Positions 10,207 through 18,889 of a stretch of 64,000 bases of DNA are shown here, in pieces. Every line of letters starts with the position of its first letter. The first letter of the stretch is position 1. Position numbers and translations under genes: made by a program. Source of the stretch: a virus; the IMG/VR virus record IMGVR_UViG_3300045988_133024, positions 1 through 64,000 of that record; one strand, written 5' to 3'. Under the pieces are notes generated by a model. It saw nothing but the letters and a program-made list of their open reading frames with translations. It had not been told where the DNA came from and ran no database searches.

Positions 10207-10263
10207 GACAATATGCCTGAGCGTCCGTTTGGACGTTCGGGTGCTTAAAGAAAGGAGATTACG

Positions 10264-10737
10264 ATGATTTATAAATTAGAATTAGGTGATTGGTCGGGAG
10301 ACGGACATCGGCTTTCAGAATCTTTTTTGTTTGACTGCAATTATGATATTCATAAAATTAGGCAAGCATACAAAGATAGTTGTAAAAAGTTAGGAATCGC
10401 TTTCAATTATAAAGAAGATTATACAGGTTCAAGTCTTAGTCTTGCAAGTGAAAGATTAACTTGGACAGGATACCAGGAATCAAGTATTAGCCAAACAGCA
10501 TTTGACATTTTAAATAATGCTAAGTGTTTTCATGGAGTTAAGGTTAAATATATTGAAGAAGAATCTTCGTACTTTGTTTATGGAATTGAAGATGGAGCAA
10601 AGCTTATTATGAATTTTATCGCATTTTCCATGCCAGAGGATTTTAGATATAAATTAACCAAAGAACCAAAAGTTGAATCAATTAACAGTTGGAACGATGA
10701 ATTATCTCAGCAATTTGGATATGGCTTATTTGATTGA
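10264..10737 (+). CDS. hypothetical protein
   Basis: 157-aa ORF. RBS 'aaaggaga'. Confidence 0.5.
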   Translation: MIYKLELGDWSGDGHRLSESFLFDCNYDIHKIRQAYKDSCKKLGIAFNYKEDYTGSSLSLASERLTWTGYQESSISQTAFDILNNAKCFHGVKVKYIEEESSYFVYGIEDGAKLIMNFIAFSMPEDFRYKLTKEPKVESINSWNDELSQQFGYGLFD

Positions 10738-10768
10738 TAAAACAGTAATTTAATGGAAGGAGAAAACA

Positions 10769-11365
10769 ATGGACGTTAATAAATTATTGGTTGTCGTCGA
10801 TATGCAGAATGATTTCATCGACGGAAGCCTTGGAACCAAAGAAGCACAGGAAATTGTTCCCAAAGTAATTGAGAAAATTAAAAATTTTGATGGCATTATT
10901 GTTACAACAATGGACACACACGATGAAAATTATTTATCTACACAGGAAGGAAAGAATCTTCCAGTAAAGCATTGCATCTGCGGAGAAGATGGATGGCATT
11001 TAAATGAAGAAGTTAGAAAGGCATTATTATCGTCAGAGATGTTTTGTCGCAATGACAAGCAAGAAAATGCTATTTGGCTTCTTGAGAACTATTGTAAAGA
11101 AACATTTGGGTCATTAGAACTTATGGACGATTGTTCTGATGAATTCGGTGAAGATGGTCGGTCTCACCCAGAAGATGTTGAAATTACACTCATTGGTCTT
11201 TGTACAGATATTTGTGTAATCTCCAACGCAATGTTATTAAAAGCAACGTTACCAGAGGCAAAGATTACTGTAGATGCATCGTGCTGCGCAGGCGTAACAC
11301 CAGAGAGCCACAAGAACGCACTCGAAGCAATGAAGATGTGTCAGATTGAAGTAATCAATGAGTAA
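10769..11365 (+). CDS. isochorismatase-family cysteine hydrolase, nicotinamidase (PncA)-like
   Basis: N-terminal 'LLVVVDMQNDFIDG' and the catalytic Cys context 'LIGLCTDICVISNA' are typical of the isochorismatase/nicotinamidase fold. Confidence 0.55.
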   Translation: MDVNKLLVVVDMQNDFIDGSLGTKEAQEIVPKVIEKIKNFDGIIVTTMDTHDENYLSTQEGKNLPVKHCICGEDGWHLNEEVRKALLSSEMFCRNDKQENAIWLLENYCKETFGSLELMDDCSDEFGEDGRSHPEDVEITLIGLCTDICVISNAMLLKATLPEAKITVDASCCAGVTPESHKNALEAMKMCQIEVINE

Positions 11366-11379
11366 AGGAGTGATGAAGG

Positions 11380-12216
11380 ATGATTACTATTGGTGGAGTA
11401 CCAGTTGTTCCAGAATCTTTTCCAGATGGAACACAGAAAATTGGTTTGCCGTTAGGAGCAATGAGATCACGGATTGCAGTAAATAAATTTGTATCAATTG
11501 AATGGCTGTATGAATCAGATAAAGAATTATTTTCGCTATATTGTATTTCAAAAAGTATTCGAGAATATTTCCCACATTTATCACAGTGTTTAGTGATGCC
11601 GTATATTCCGAATGCAAGATTTGACAGGGTTAAAGATCATAACGAATGTTTTACATTAAAATATTTTGCAGAAATCATCAATGAATTAAATTTTAGAAAT
11701 GTCATCGTAACAGATCCTCACTCAGACGTTTCTAAAGCATTGATTGATCACCTACAATATATACCAATTAAACTATATATTTCTAAGGTTTGCAATAAAG
11801 TCCTTAAAGCAGAGCCATCAAGAAATCTCGTAATTTATTTTCCAGATAGCGGATCACTAAAAAGATATTCTGAATTTGTATCAGATGATTATCCGATTGT
11901 CTATGGAATTAAAAATCGGGATTGGAAGACAGGAGAAATTCTTGGTATTGAGATTCATGGAGATACAGATAAATTAGATGAGAATACAGCAATTCTAATG
12001 ATTGATGATATTTGTAGTAAGGGTGGCACATTTTATTATGGATCAAAAGAATTAAACAAATACGGTTGTAAAGATATGTATTTATATGTTACTCACTGTG
12101 AAAACACAATTCTTGATGGCGAATTATTAAAGGAAGATAGTTTGTTTAAAAAAGTGTATACGACACGTAGTATTTTTACAAAAGAACATGAGAAAGTTGA
12201 GGTGTTAGATTTATGA
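11380..12216 (+). CDS. ribose-phosphate pyrophosphokinase (Prs)-like protein; candidate ADPR-pyrophosphate synthetase of a NARP1-type NAD+ reconstitution pair
   Basis: PRPP/phosphoribosyltransferase-type loop 'AILMIDDICSKGGTF'. A Prs-like 'VIVTDPHS' motif. The stop overlaps the start of the downstream NAMPT-like gene. Confidence 0.55.
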   Translation: MITIGGVPVVPESFPDGTQKIGLPLGAMRSRIAVNKFVSIEWLYESDKELFSLYCISKSIREYFPHLSQCLVMPYIPNARFDRVKDHNECFTLKYFAEIINELNFRNVIVTDPHSDVSKALIDHLQYIPIKLYISKVCNKVLKAEPSRNLVIYFPDSGSLKRYSEFVSDDYPIVYGIKNRDWKTGEILGIEIHGDTDKLDENTAILMIDDICSKGGTFYYGSKELNKYGCKDMYLYVTHCENTILDGELLKEDSLFKKVYTTRSIFTKEHEKVEVLDL

Positions 12217-13679
12217 AACAGACAAATCCAATGTTATTAATTGATTTTTATAAAGCAGTTCATGCTGAAATGTTACCAAAAGGTATTACAAAATCTGTTT
12301 CTTATTTTACTCCACGTATGAGCAGGGTAAAACGATGGAACGAAGTCGTGATGTTTGGGTTACAGGGATTCATTAAAGAATATCTGATTGATTATTTTAA
12401 TAAGAATTTCTTTGATCTTAAAGGTGGAGCAGTTACTTCTTACAAGAGGATTATGGACGCAGCTCTTGGAGAAAATACTTATGGATTACAGAAAATCGCA
12501 GATCTTTATGAGCTTGGTTATCTTCCGATTGAGATTAAAGCACTTCCCGAAGGAACTTTAGCACCAATGCATGTGCCGATGTTTAGTATTGAGAATACTC
12601 ACAAAGATTTTGCATGGTTACCACAGGCATTAGAAAGTTTAATTTCCGCAGAAATGTGGCATCCGATGATTGCTGCGACTGTCGGGCATACATATAGACA
12701 GATTGTTAATAAGTTTTATGAAATGACTTGTGATGATGATATTGTAAAAGCTAAAGCATTAGGGGCTTTCGATTTTCGTGGCGAAGAATGTTTACAGTCT
12801 GCGGTTAAAGCAGGAGTAGGATGGTGTTTATCATTCTTAAATACAGCTACGGTTCCAACAATTCCATATTTAGAGAGAAATTATAACTGCGATTGTACGA
12901 AAGAACCAGTTGCTTTTGGTAGTCCGTCTACTGAGCATGCGGTCATGTGTAGTAATTATGCGATTGACGGAGATGAAGAGACTCTGATTAAAAGATTACT
13001 TACAGAGATTTATCCAAACACAAGCTTCTCAGCAGTATTGGATTCTTATGATTATTGGAATGTTGTAGAGAATATTCTTCCAAAACTCAAGAACGAGATT
13101 ATGAATCACAATGGATGTTTTCTTGTCAGAGGAGACTCAGGAGATTGTGTAGATGTAGTAACCAGAACAGTATTTAAGTTATGGGAAGAGTTTGGGGGAA
13201 CGACAAATACAAAAGGGTATAAAGTATTAGATCCTCATGTAAAAGCAATTTATGGAGATTCAATTACAATACAGAGGTGTGAGCAGATTTATGACATCTT
13301 AGAGAAAAATGGATTCGCAGCAAGTAATGTTGCACTTGGCGTAGGATCATTCTCATTCCAGTGTATCGAAGAAGATGGAGTTTTAAAACCATTTACAAGA
13401 GATACATTTAGCAGTTGTATTAAAGCAACGTATTGTGAGATTGATGGCAAACCATATCCAATTTTCAAGAATCCAAAAGATGGCGGATTTAAGAAATCTC
13501 AGAGAGGTTTATGTTATGTCTATAAAGGATCAGACGGTAAATTGACATTTAAAGATGGATATACTTCAGAAAATCTTCCAATGAACAACCTGCTTGAGAC
13601 AGTATTTAGAGATGGCAAGTTGGTAAAAGAGCAGTCATTACAGGAGATTAGAAGAGTGTTAAACGAAGGAGAATTTTAA
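12213..13679 (+). CDS. nicotinamide phosphoribosyltransferase (NAMPT/NadV)-family protein; candidate Namat of a NARP1-type pair
   Basis: N-terminal 'LLIDFYKAVH' matches the NAMPT 'D-x-YK-x-H' signature. The length (488 aa) fits the family. Start overlaps the upstream Prs-like gene. Confidence 0.6.
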   Translation: MKQTNPMLLIDFYKAVHAEMLPKGITKSVSYFTPRMSRVKRWNEVVMFGLQGFIKEYLIDYFNKNFFDLKGGAVTSYKRIMDAALGENTYGLQKIADLYELGYLPIEIKALPEGTLAPMHVPMFSIENTHKDFAWLPQALESLISAEMWHPMIAATVGHTYRQIVNKFYEMTCDDDIVKAKALGAFDFRGEECLQSAVKAGVGWCLSFLNTATVPTIPYLERNYNCDCTKEPVAFGSPSTEHAVMCSNYAIDGDEETLIKRLLTEIYPNTSFSAVLDSYDYWNVVENILPKLKNEIMNHNGCFLVRGDSGDCVDVVTRTVFKLWEEFGGTTNTKGYKVLDPHVKAIYGDSITIQRCEQIYDILEKNGFAASNVALGVGSFSFQCIEEDGVLKPFTRDTFSSCIKATYCEIDGKPYPIFKNPKDGGFKKSQRGLCYVYKGSDGKLTFKDGYTSENLPMNNLLETVFRDGKLVKEQSLQEIRRVLNEGEF

Positions 13680-14191
13680 TGATTAAAATTATTGAAGGCG
13701 ATTTGTTTGATACAAATGCGAAATTTATTTGTCATCAAGTAAATTGTGCAGGAAAAATGGGATCTGGGGTAGCGTTACAGGTACGACAAAAATATCCGCA
13801 TGTATATAAAGAATATGAAAAAGTTGCTTCGGAAGATATGTTAGGGGAAGTACAGATCATACCAGTGAATTCAAAATTTATTGGACATGAACCAGGAGAT
13901 ATTTGGTGTGGTATGAAAGTAAAAGGGTTCAGGGAAACACAATGGATTTGTAATTTATTTGCTCAAAAGAGTTATGGATATGACGGCAAGCAGTATACTT
14001 CAAATGAAGCTTTAAGACAGTGCTTTAAAAAACTTGCAGGAATGGTGCATGAGAAAAACAATAACTTTGGACAAACAATCGCTATGCCATATAAAATTGG
14101 ATGTTGTCGTGGAGGATCTGATTGGAGTGATGTTGCCAATATTATCGAAGAAGAATTTAAAGATTGTAATGTAGAATTATGGAGGTTATAG
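13679..14191 (+). CDS. macro domain protein (ADP-ribose binding/processing)
   Basis: 'IEGDLFDT...ICHQVNCAGKMGSGVALQV' is a macro-domain signature. Confidence 0.6.
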   Translation: MIKIIEGDLFDTNAKFICHQVNCAGKMGSGVALQVRQKYPHVYKEYEKVASEDMLGEVQIIPVNSKFIGHEPGDIWCGMKVKGFRETQWICNLFAQKSYGYDGKQYTSNEALRQCFKKLAGMVHEKNNNFGQTIAMPYKIGCCRGGSDWSDVANIIEEEFKDCNVELWRL

Positions 14192-14194
14192 AAC

Positions 14195-14965
14195 ATGAGT
14201 TTTAATGCAAAAGAAACCAAAGACAGATTAGTGCAGTGGATTAGAGATTGGTTTGAAATTAATGGTAAAGGATGCAATGCCATTGTAGGAATTTCAGGAG
14301 GCAAGGATTCATCAGTTGTCGCAGCCTTATGCGTAGAAGCACTTGGCAAGAATCGAGTAATCGGTGTCATGATGCCACAGGGCGTACAGTCAGATATTGA
14401 GTATTCTCAGATGTTATGTAATCACTTAGGTATTGAAAATTATACAGTTAATATCTACGAGCCATGTTTAAGTATCAAGCATGAAGTATCAAGCGTATTA
14501 AATGGTAAATGGAGTAAGCAGAGTGCAACAAACTTACCTGCTCGTATCCGTATGGCTACATTATATGCTTTCGCACAGAGTATGAATGGTAGAGTGGCAA
14601 ATACTTGTAACTTATCTGAAGACTGGGTTGGATATGCGACCAGATATGGAGATTCAGCTGGAGATTTTAGTCCATTAAGTGATCTGACTGTGACAGAAGT
14701 TAAAGCAATTGGTAAAGTTCTGGGACTTCCAACAGAGTTAATCGAAAAAACTCCTACTGATGGGTTATGTGGCAAGACAGATGAAGATAATCTTGGATTT
14801 ACATACGAAGTGTTGGATGAATATATCAGAACAGGTGAATGCAAGGATAAAGTAGTGAGACAGATCATTGATGAAATGCATGAGAAGAATGTATTTAAAC
14901 TTGCTCCAATGCCTAAATTTATATCTGGTATGTGGATCGAGGCAGGAATGGAGTTGGATGATTAA
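14195..14965 (+). CDS. nadE: NH3-dependent NAD+ synthetase (NadE)-like PP-loop ATPase
   Basis: PP-loop 'GISGGKDSSV'. Size and architecture fit NadE. Confidence 0.65.
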   Translation: MSFNAKETKDRLVQWIRDWFEINGKGCNAIVGISGGKDSSVVAALCVEALGKNRVIGVMMPQGVQSDIEYSQMLCNHLGIENYTVNIYEPCLSIKHEVSSVLNGKWSKQSATNLPARIRMATLYAFAQSMNGRVANTCNLSEDWVGYATRYGDSAGDFSPLSDLTVTEVKAIGKVLGLPTELIEKTPTDGLCGKTDEDNLGFTYEVLDEYIRTGECKDKVVRQIIDEMHEKNVFKLAPMPKFISGMWIEAGMELDD

Positions 14966-14967
14966 TT

Positions 14968-15300
14968 ATGGAAATTAAAGCAAAATGGACAGGTTGTGGT
15001 TTTGCACATTGCGTTGGAGAATGGAAACTTTATGTTGACGGTAAGGATGTTACCAACAAAATTCCAGAAGACTTACGCACAGAACCTATGAATACATATA
15101 AAAGATATGAGCGATGGTATTTTAAGGACGGGGTTGAAGAATGGGAATCATATTATGACGGACTGAAACAAGATGAGTGGATTGAGACTAATAAGTATTG
15201 GTTAGATGAAATTACAACAGATATTGATGTTCAGCGCCAGATCTTCAAAGCAATCAACGAAGAGGATTTTCGCCCTAACTCATGTGGTGGGTGTATTTAG
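14968..15300 (+). CDS. hypothetical protein
   Basis: 110-aa ORF starting 3 nt after the NadE stop. Confidence 0.5.
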   Translation: MEIKAKWTGCGFAHCVGEWKLYVDGKDVTNKIPEDLRTEPMNTYKRYERWYFKDGVEEWESYYDGLKQDEWIETNKYWLDEITTDIDVQRQIFKAINEEDFRPNSCGGCI

Positions 15301-15365
15301 TAACTAGATTATGACATCTGTATATGGTGTTGTGGTAAATAAATTTTATAACAAAGGAGATATTT

Positions 15366-16826
15366 ATGATTGAAGTAATTGGAACAGTGGTACCAGTGGT
15401 TATTGCGGCAGGTGGCGTAGGAGCTATTATCGGTAGCGGTTATGTCAAAGCAAGTCCAGATAAAGCTTATATTATTTCTGGACTTAGAAAGACACCTAAG
15501 ACATTAATTGGTAAGGCAGGGTTAAAAATCCCATTCTTTGAAAAAGCAGATCATCTTAATCTTGAGTTAATTCCAATTGATGTCAAGACATCAAGTTCTG
15601 TGCCTACAGCAGATTATATCAATATCAATGTAGATGCAGCGGTCAATGTAAAGGTTAGCAGTAATCCAGAAAGATTAAAACTTGCAGCAGAAAACTTCTT
15701 AAATAAGCCAGTAGGCGATATTGGACAGGTCGCAAGAGAAGTCCTTGAAGGTAATATGCGAGAGATCGTTGGGAAGATGAGTCTCGAAGAAATGGTTTCT
15801 GATCGTCAGAAATTTGCACAGCTTGTTACAGAAAATGCGAAGCCAGATCTTGCTGCAATGGGATTAGATATTATCAGTTTTAATGTTCAGAATTTTATGG
15901 ATGATAATGATGTTATTGAAAATCTTGGTGTAGATAATGTTGTTAAAATCAAGAAGAAGGCTGCGATTTCCAGAGCTGAAAGCGAAAGAGATATTGAAAA
16001 AGCAAAAGCAATGGCTGAAAAAGAAGCAAATGATGCAAAGGTAGAGTCAGCAACAGCGATTGCAGAAAAGAATAACAATCTGGAGATTAAAAAATCTGAG
16101 CTTGAAAAGATTTCAAAAGCAAAGAAAGCTGAGGCAGATGCAGCATATAAGATCCAGGAAGAAAAATCACGTAAAGAAATTGAAGTTGTAACTGCGGATG
16201 CTAATATTATGCGTCAGGAAAAAGAAATTGAACTGAAACGCAAAGATGTTGAGGTAACAGAGCAGACATTAGATGCACAGATCAAGAAACAGGCAGAGGC
16301 TGAAAGATATGCTTCTCAGCAGAAAGCAGATGCAGACTTATACAAGAAACAGAAAGAATCTGAAGCTAACAAATATGCCAAAGAAAAAGAAGCCGAATCT
16401 ACAAAATATGCTATGGAGCAGGAAGCTGAAGGTATTCGTGCAAAGGGTGTAGCAGAAGCCGAGGCAATCAAAGCTAAAGGTATTGCTGAAGCAGAAGCAA
16501 TTGAAAAGAAAGCAGAAGCTATGAAACAGATGGGTAAAGCTTCTATTGTAGAAATGATGTGCCAGATGTTCCCAGAAGCAGTTAAAAATGCAGCAGCACC
16601 ATTAGGAAATGTAGGAAGTATCACTATGTATGGAGAAGGAAACACAACAAAATTAACAAAAGATATTATGAATGTTGTGAATCAGGTATCAGATGGTGTT
16701 AAAGGATCTACAGGTGTTGATCTTGCAAAGATGCTAAAAGATTTTGTTTCTGAAGATAAAGAAGCAGAATCTACAGATAATGTTGGTCAGCCAGAAGTAT
16801 ATTCAGACGATTATCGTGAGTTCTAA
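15366..16826 (+). CDS. SPFH/band-7 flotillin-like membrane protein
   Basis: N-terminal TM segment. Band-7 core 'YIISGLRKTPKTLIGKAGLKIPFFEKADHLNLELIPIDV'. Long Ala/Glu/Lys-rich coiled coil, as in FloT/YuaG. Confidence 0.65.
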   Translation: MIEVIGTVVPVVIAAGGVGAIIGSGYVKASPDKAYIISGLRKTPKTLIGKAGLKIPFFEKADHLNLELIPIDVKTSSSVPTADYININVDAAVNVKVSSNPERLKLAAENFLNKPVGDIGQVAREVLEGNMREIVGKMSLEEMVSDRQKFAQLVTENAKPDLAAMGLDIISFNVQNFMDDNDVIENLGVDNVVKIKKKAAISRAESERDIEKAKAMAEKEANDAKVESATAIAEKNNNLEIKKSELEKISKAKKAEADAAYKIQEEKSRKEIEVVTADANIMRQEKEIELKRKDVEVTEQTLDAQIKKQAEAERYASQQKADADLYKKQKESEANKYAKEKEAESTKYAMEQEAEGIRAKGVAEAEAIKAKGIAEAEAIEKKAEAMKQMGKASIVEMMCQMFPEAVKNAAAPLGNVGSITMYGEGNTTKLTKDIMNVVNQVSDGVKGSTGVDLAKMLKDFVSEDKEAESTDNVGQPEVYSDDYREF

Positions 16827-16840
16827 TAGGAGAAATTATT

Positions 16841-17575
16841 ATGACAATTATTATTATTTGTGTAATTGTAGCGATTATCGCATATTTACAATTTACTAAA
16901 AATGGAAAGCAGATTAAAAATGTAGCATCTGGAACAGTTACAGAGAAAATCAAAGAAAATGCAATGACCCCAGAGGGAGCAAGAGCCAGATATAATACTG
17001 CAATTAAAGAGAAACAGGACTTTTATAAGAAAACAATGGGTACATACACAACGGTGGCTGGTAGATTAGCAACAATGGAAGATGATCTCAAAGAAACTAA
17101 AGAAGAAATTTCTAAAACCGAGGCAATGATCAACCAGTACATTGATAACAATGATGACAAAAAAGCAATGTATTATGCTCAAAAATTAGCCACGCTAAAG
17201 GCACAGAAATCAGTGTACGAAAAGAAAATCCCAGAGTTGCAATCCACAAAAGATAAGCAAGAAGAAATTAAAAACCAAGCATATGATCAGCTCATTAAGT
17301 TAAAAGGCGAAAAAGATACTGTGGTTCTCCAGATGGAAGCGGATCAGCAGATTGCAGAATTGCAGAAAAATTTAGATCAATACAATAGTTCTAATGCTGC
17401 TCAGGAAGGATTGGAAGAGGTTCGAGAAGGAGCAAAGAAGCTTAGCGAACAAGCCAAAGGCGTTACCATTGCGTATGAATCTAGTGCAGAAACATTGGAT
17501 TATCATATGGAACAAGAAGAGCGACAGCAGGAAGCTAAAGCTATATTAGATCAGATGAAAAACGCTCGCAAATAG
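16841..17575 (+). CDS. membrane-anchored coiled-coil protein
   Basis: N-terminal TM 'MTIIIICVIVAIIAYLQF' followed by an extended coiled coil. Sits immediately after the flotillin gene. Confidence 0.5.
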   Translation: MTIIIICVIVAIIAYLQFTKNGKQIKNVASGTVTEKIKENAMTPEGARARYNTAIKEKQDFYKKTMGTYTTVAGRLATMEDDLKETKEEISKTEAMINQYIDNNDDKKAMYYAQKLATLKAQKSVYEKKIPELQSTKDKQEEIKNQAYDQLIKLKGEKDTVVLQMEADQQIAELQKNLDQYNSSNAAQEGLEEVREGAKKLSEQAKGVTIAYESSAETLDYHMEQEERQQEAKAILDQMKNARK

Positions 17576-17645
17576 CAAATAAATTTATCTATAAAAATTA
17601 ATTTCACAAACATAAAACTGGCATTTGAAACACAGTGCCAGTCAT

Positions 17646-17784
17646 GGAAACATAGCTCAGTTGGTAGAGCAGGCAAATACATAAATATTCATTTTTCTAC
17701 CTCCCTATAAGTATTTTGTTTATTTACATTTTAATTTTCATCACATATAAATTGCCGACACAGGTTCGATCCCTGTTGTTTCCA
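17646..17784 (+). tRNA. tRNA gene interrupted by a ~68-nt insertion in the anticodon loop; anticodon and isotype unresolved
   Basis: Acceptor stem ggaaaca/tgtttcc. D-arm gctc-agttggta-gagc. Anticodon stem ggcaa (17672-76) pairs with ttgcc (17752-56), and ~75 nt lie between them. T-arm acagg-ttcgatc-cctgt. Discriminator A. Confidence 0.5.
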
Positions 17785-17788
17785 TTAA

Positions 17789-17823
17789 AAAAGACCTTAA
17801 CCTAAATGGTCAAAGTCTTTTTG
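17789..17823. terminator. bidirectional hairpin terminator between the tRNA and the convergent minus-strand regulator gene
   Basis: 'aaaagacc-ttaacctaaat-ggtc...gtcttttt' has stem gacc/ggtc (or aaaagac/gtctttt) with a T-run on both strands. Confidence 0.4.
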
Positions 17824-17824
17824 A

Positions 17825-18028
17825 TTAATCGTTTGGTATGACCTCAATAACATCTTCAACTTTACAATCAAGATATAAGCAAATTTTATCGATGTTTTCG
17901 AGACTGATATACTGATTCTTTGCCATCTTGGCAATTGTACCAGACCCCATATTTAAAGCGGTTCGTAAATCAGATTTTGTCATACCCTTTTTCGCTAAAG
18001 TTACGAAAAGCGGTTTATAACTTATCAT
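17825..18028 (-). CDS. XRE-family helix-turn-helix transcriptional regulator (Cro/CI-like)
   Basis: 'LAKKGMTKSDLRTALNMGSGTIAKMAKNQYISLENIDKICLYLDCKVEDV' is a canonical HTH_XRE. The start is trimmed to the ATG at 18028, preceded by 'ggaggt'. It is the only supported minus-strand gene. Confidence 0.7.
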   Translation of the reverse strand: MISYKPLFVTLAKKGMTKSDLRTALNMGSGTIAKMAKNQYISLENIDKICLYLDCKVEDVIEVIPND

Positions 18029-18082
18029 ATGATATACCTCCACATCTATATTATAGCATATTACATACAGGATGTAAAATAA

Positions 18083-18104
18083 AATATTCAAGAAGTTGAA
18101 TATT
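18083..18104. promoter_or_regulatory. operator-like perfect inverted repeat aatattcaa-gaag-ttgaatatt (9-bp arms); a second inverted repeat ttacat-acagg-atgtaa lies at 18061..18077
   Basis: Read directly. Positioned between the divergent regulator gene and the -35 element of the rightward promoter. Confidence 0.5.
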
Positions 18105-18109
18105 TTGTA

Positions 18110-18138
18110 TTGACACTATCTGCAAGAAGTGGTATATT
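18110..18138 (+). promoter_or_regulatory. sigma-70-like promoter: -35 ttgaca (18110-15), 17-nt spacer, extended -10 'tggtatatt' (18130-38)
   Basis: Consensus -35 and the same 'tggtatatt' extended -10 as the promoter at 2969. Confidence 0.55.
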
Positions 18139-18193
18139 ATATTCAACAAGCGAGAGATAAACTTTAAGAAATGAAATATAAAGGAGCGAGAGG

Positions 18194-18601
18194 ATGTCAA
18201 ATAAAATTTATAGATATTATCAACCAAACGATAAAGATACAAAAGACAATCATTCAGATTGCGTGATCAGAGCATTAACAAAAGTGCTTGATAAAGAATG
18301 GTTAACAACATTTGATGATTTGTTGCCATATGCAAGAGACATGCAGTGTATGCCATCAGAGCGAAAATGTTACGAAGAATATTTATTCGATAATGGGTTT
18401 GCTTATCAAGGTATTAGCAACCGAAAAGGATCTAAACGACCAACAGTTGAAAGTTTTGCAAAAAATCATAAACAAGGCAATTACTTGGTAAATGTTGCGA
18501 ATCATGTAGTTGCAATTTCAGACGGTTGTTATTACGACACATGGGATTCTGGAGATTGTTGCTTGTATGGATATTACTATAAAGAAGAAGGAGAGAAATA
18601 A
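18194..18601 (+). CDS. hypothetical protein (Cys/His-containing; possible peptidase-like)
   Basis: 135-aa ORF. RBS 'aaaggagcgagagg'. Contains 'SDCVIRAL' and 'NHVVAI'. Confidence 0.5.
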   Translation: MSNKIYRYYQPNDKDTKDNHSDCVIRALTKVLDKEWLTTFDDLLPYARDMQCMPSERKCYEEYLFDNGFAYQGISNRKGSKRPTVESFAKNHKQGNYLVNVANHVVAISDGCYYDTWDSGDCCLYGYYYKEEGEK

Positions 18602-18889
18602 ATGAGAAAGAAAATTTTAGCAACGGTTTTAGGAGCAACGATTTGTTTAGGATCAATGACAGGATGTACCGCAGGATTCAAAAGAGAAGTTGTTGATATG
18701 AAAAGCAATTGGAATGGCGGTATGAATAGAGTCATTACAGTATACACGGCAGACGGTAAGAAGATTGCTGAATATCAAGGAAAAATTGATATTGATACAA
18801 ATGACGGTGGATATGTCAAATTTGATTACAAAGGCAAGAGATACATCTACTACAACTGTTTTGTAGAGAGTATCGCAGATATTGATTAG
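18602..18889 (+). CDS. putative lipoprotein
   Basis: Signal peptide with lipobox 'LGSMTGC'. Confidence 0.55.
   Translation: MRKKILATVLGATICLGSMTGCTAGFKREVVDMKSNWNGGMNRVITVYTADGKKIAEYQGKIDIDTNDGGYVKFDYKGKRYIYYNCFVESIADID

Noticed and set aside
16316-16645. 109-aa minus-strand ORF rich in Ala/Ser/Phe inside the flotillin gene (a similar one lies at 15887..16078)
   Set aside because: It is the reverse complement of the GAA/GCT/AAA-rich coiled-coil coding region. The low-complexity product has no RBS and is fully embedded in a well-supported + strand gene.
17677-17751. Group I intron in the tRNA gene
   Set aside because: The insertion is only ~68-75 nt, far below the ~200-nt minimum for a group I catalytic core. 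It is reported instead as an unexplained insertion.
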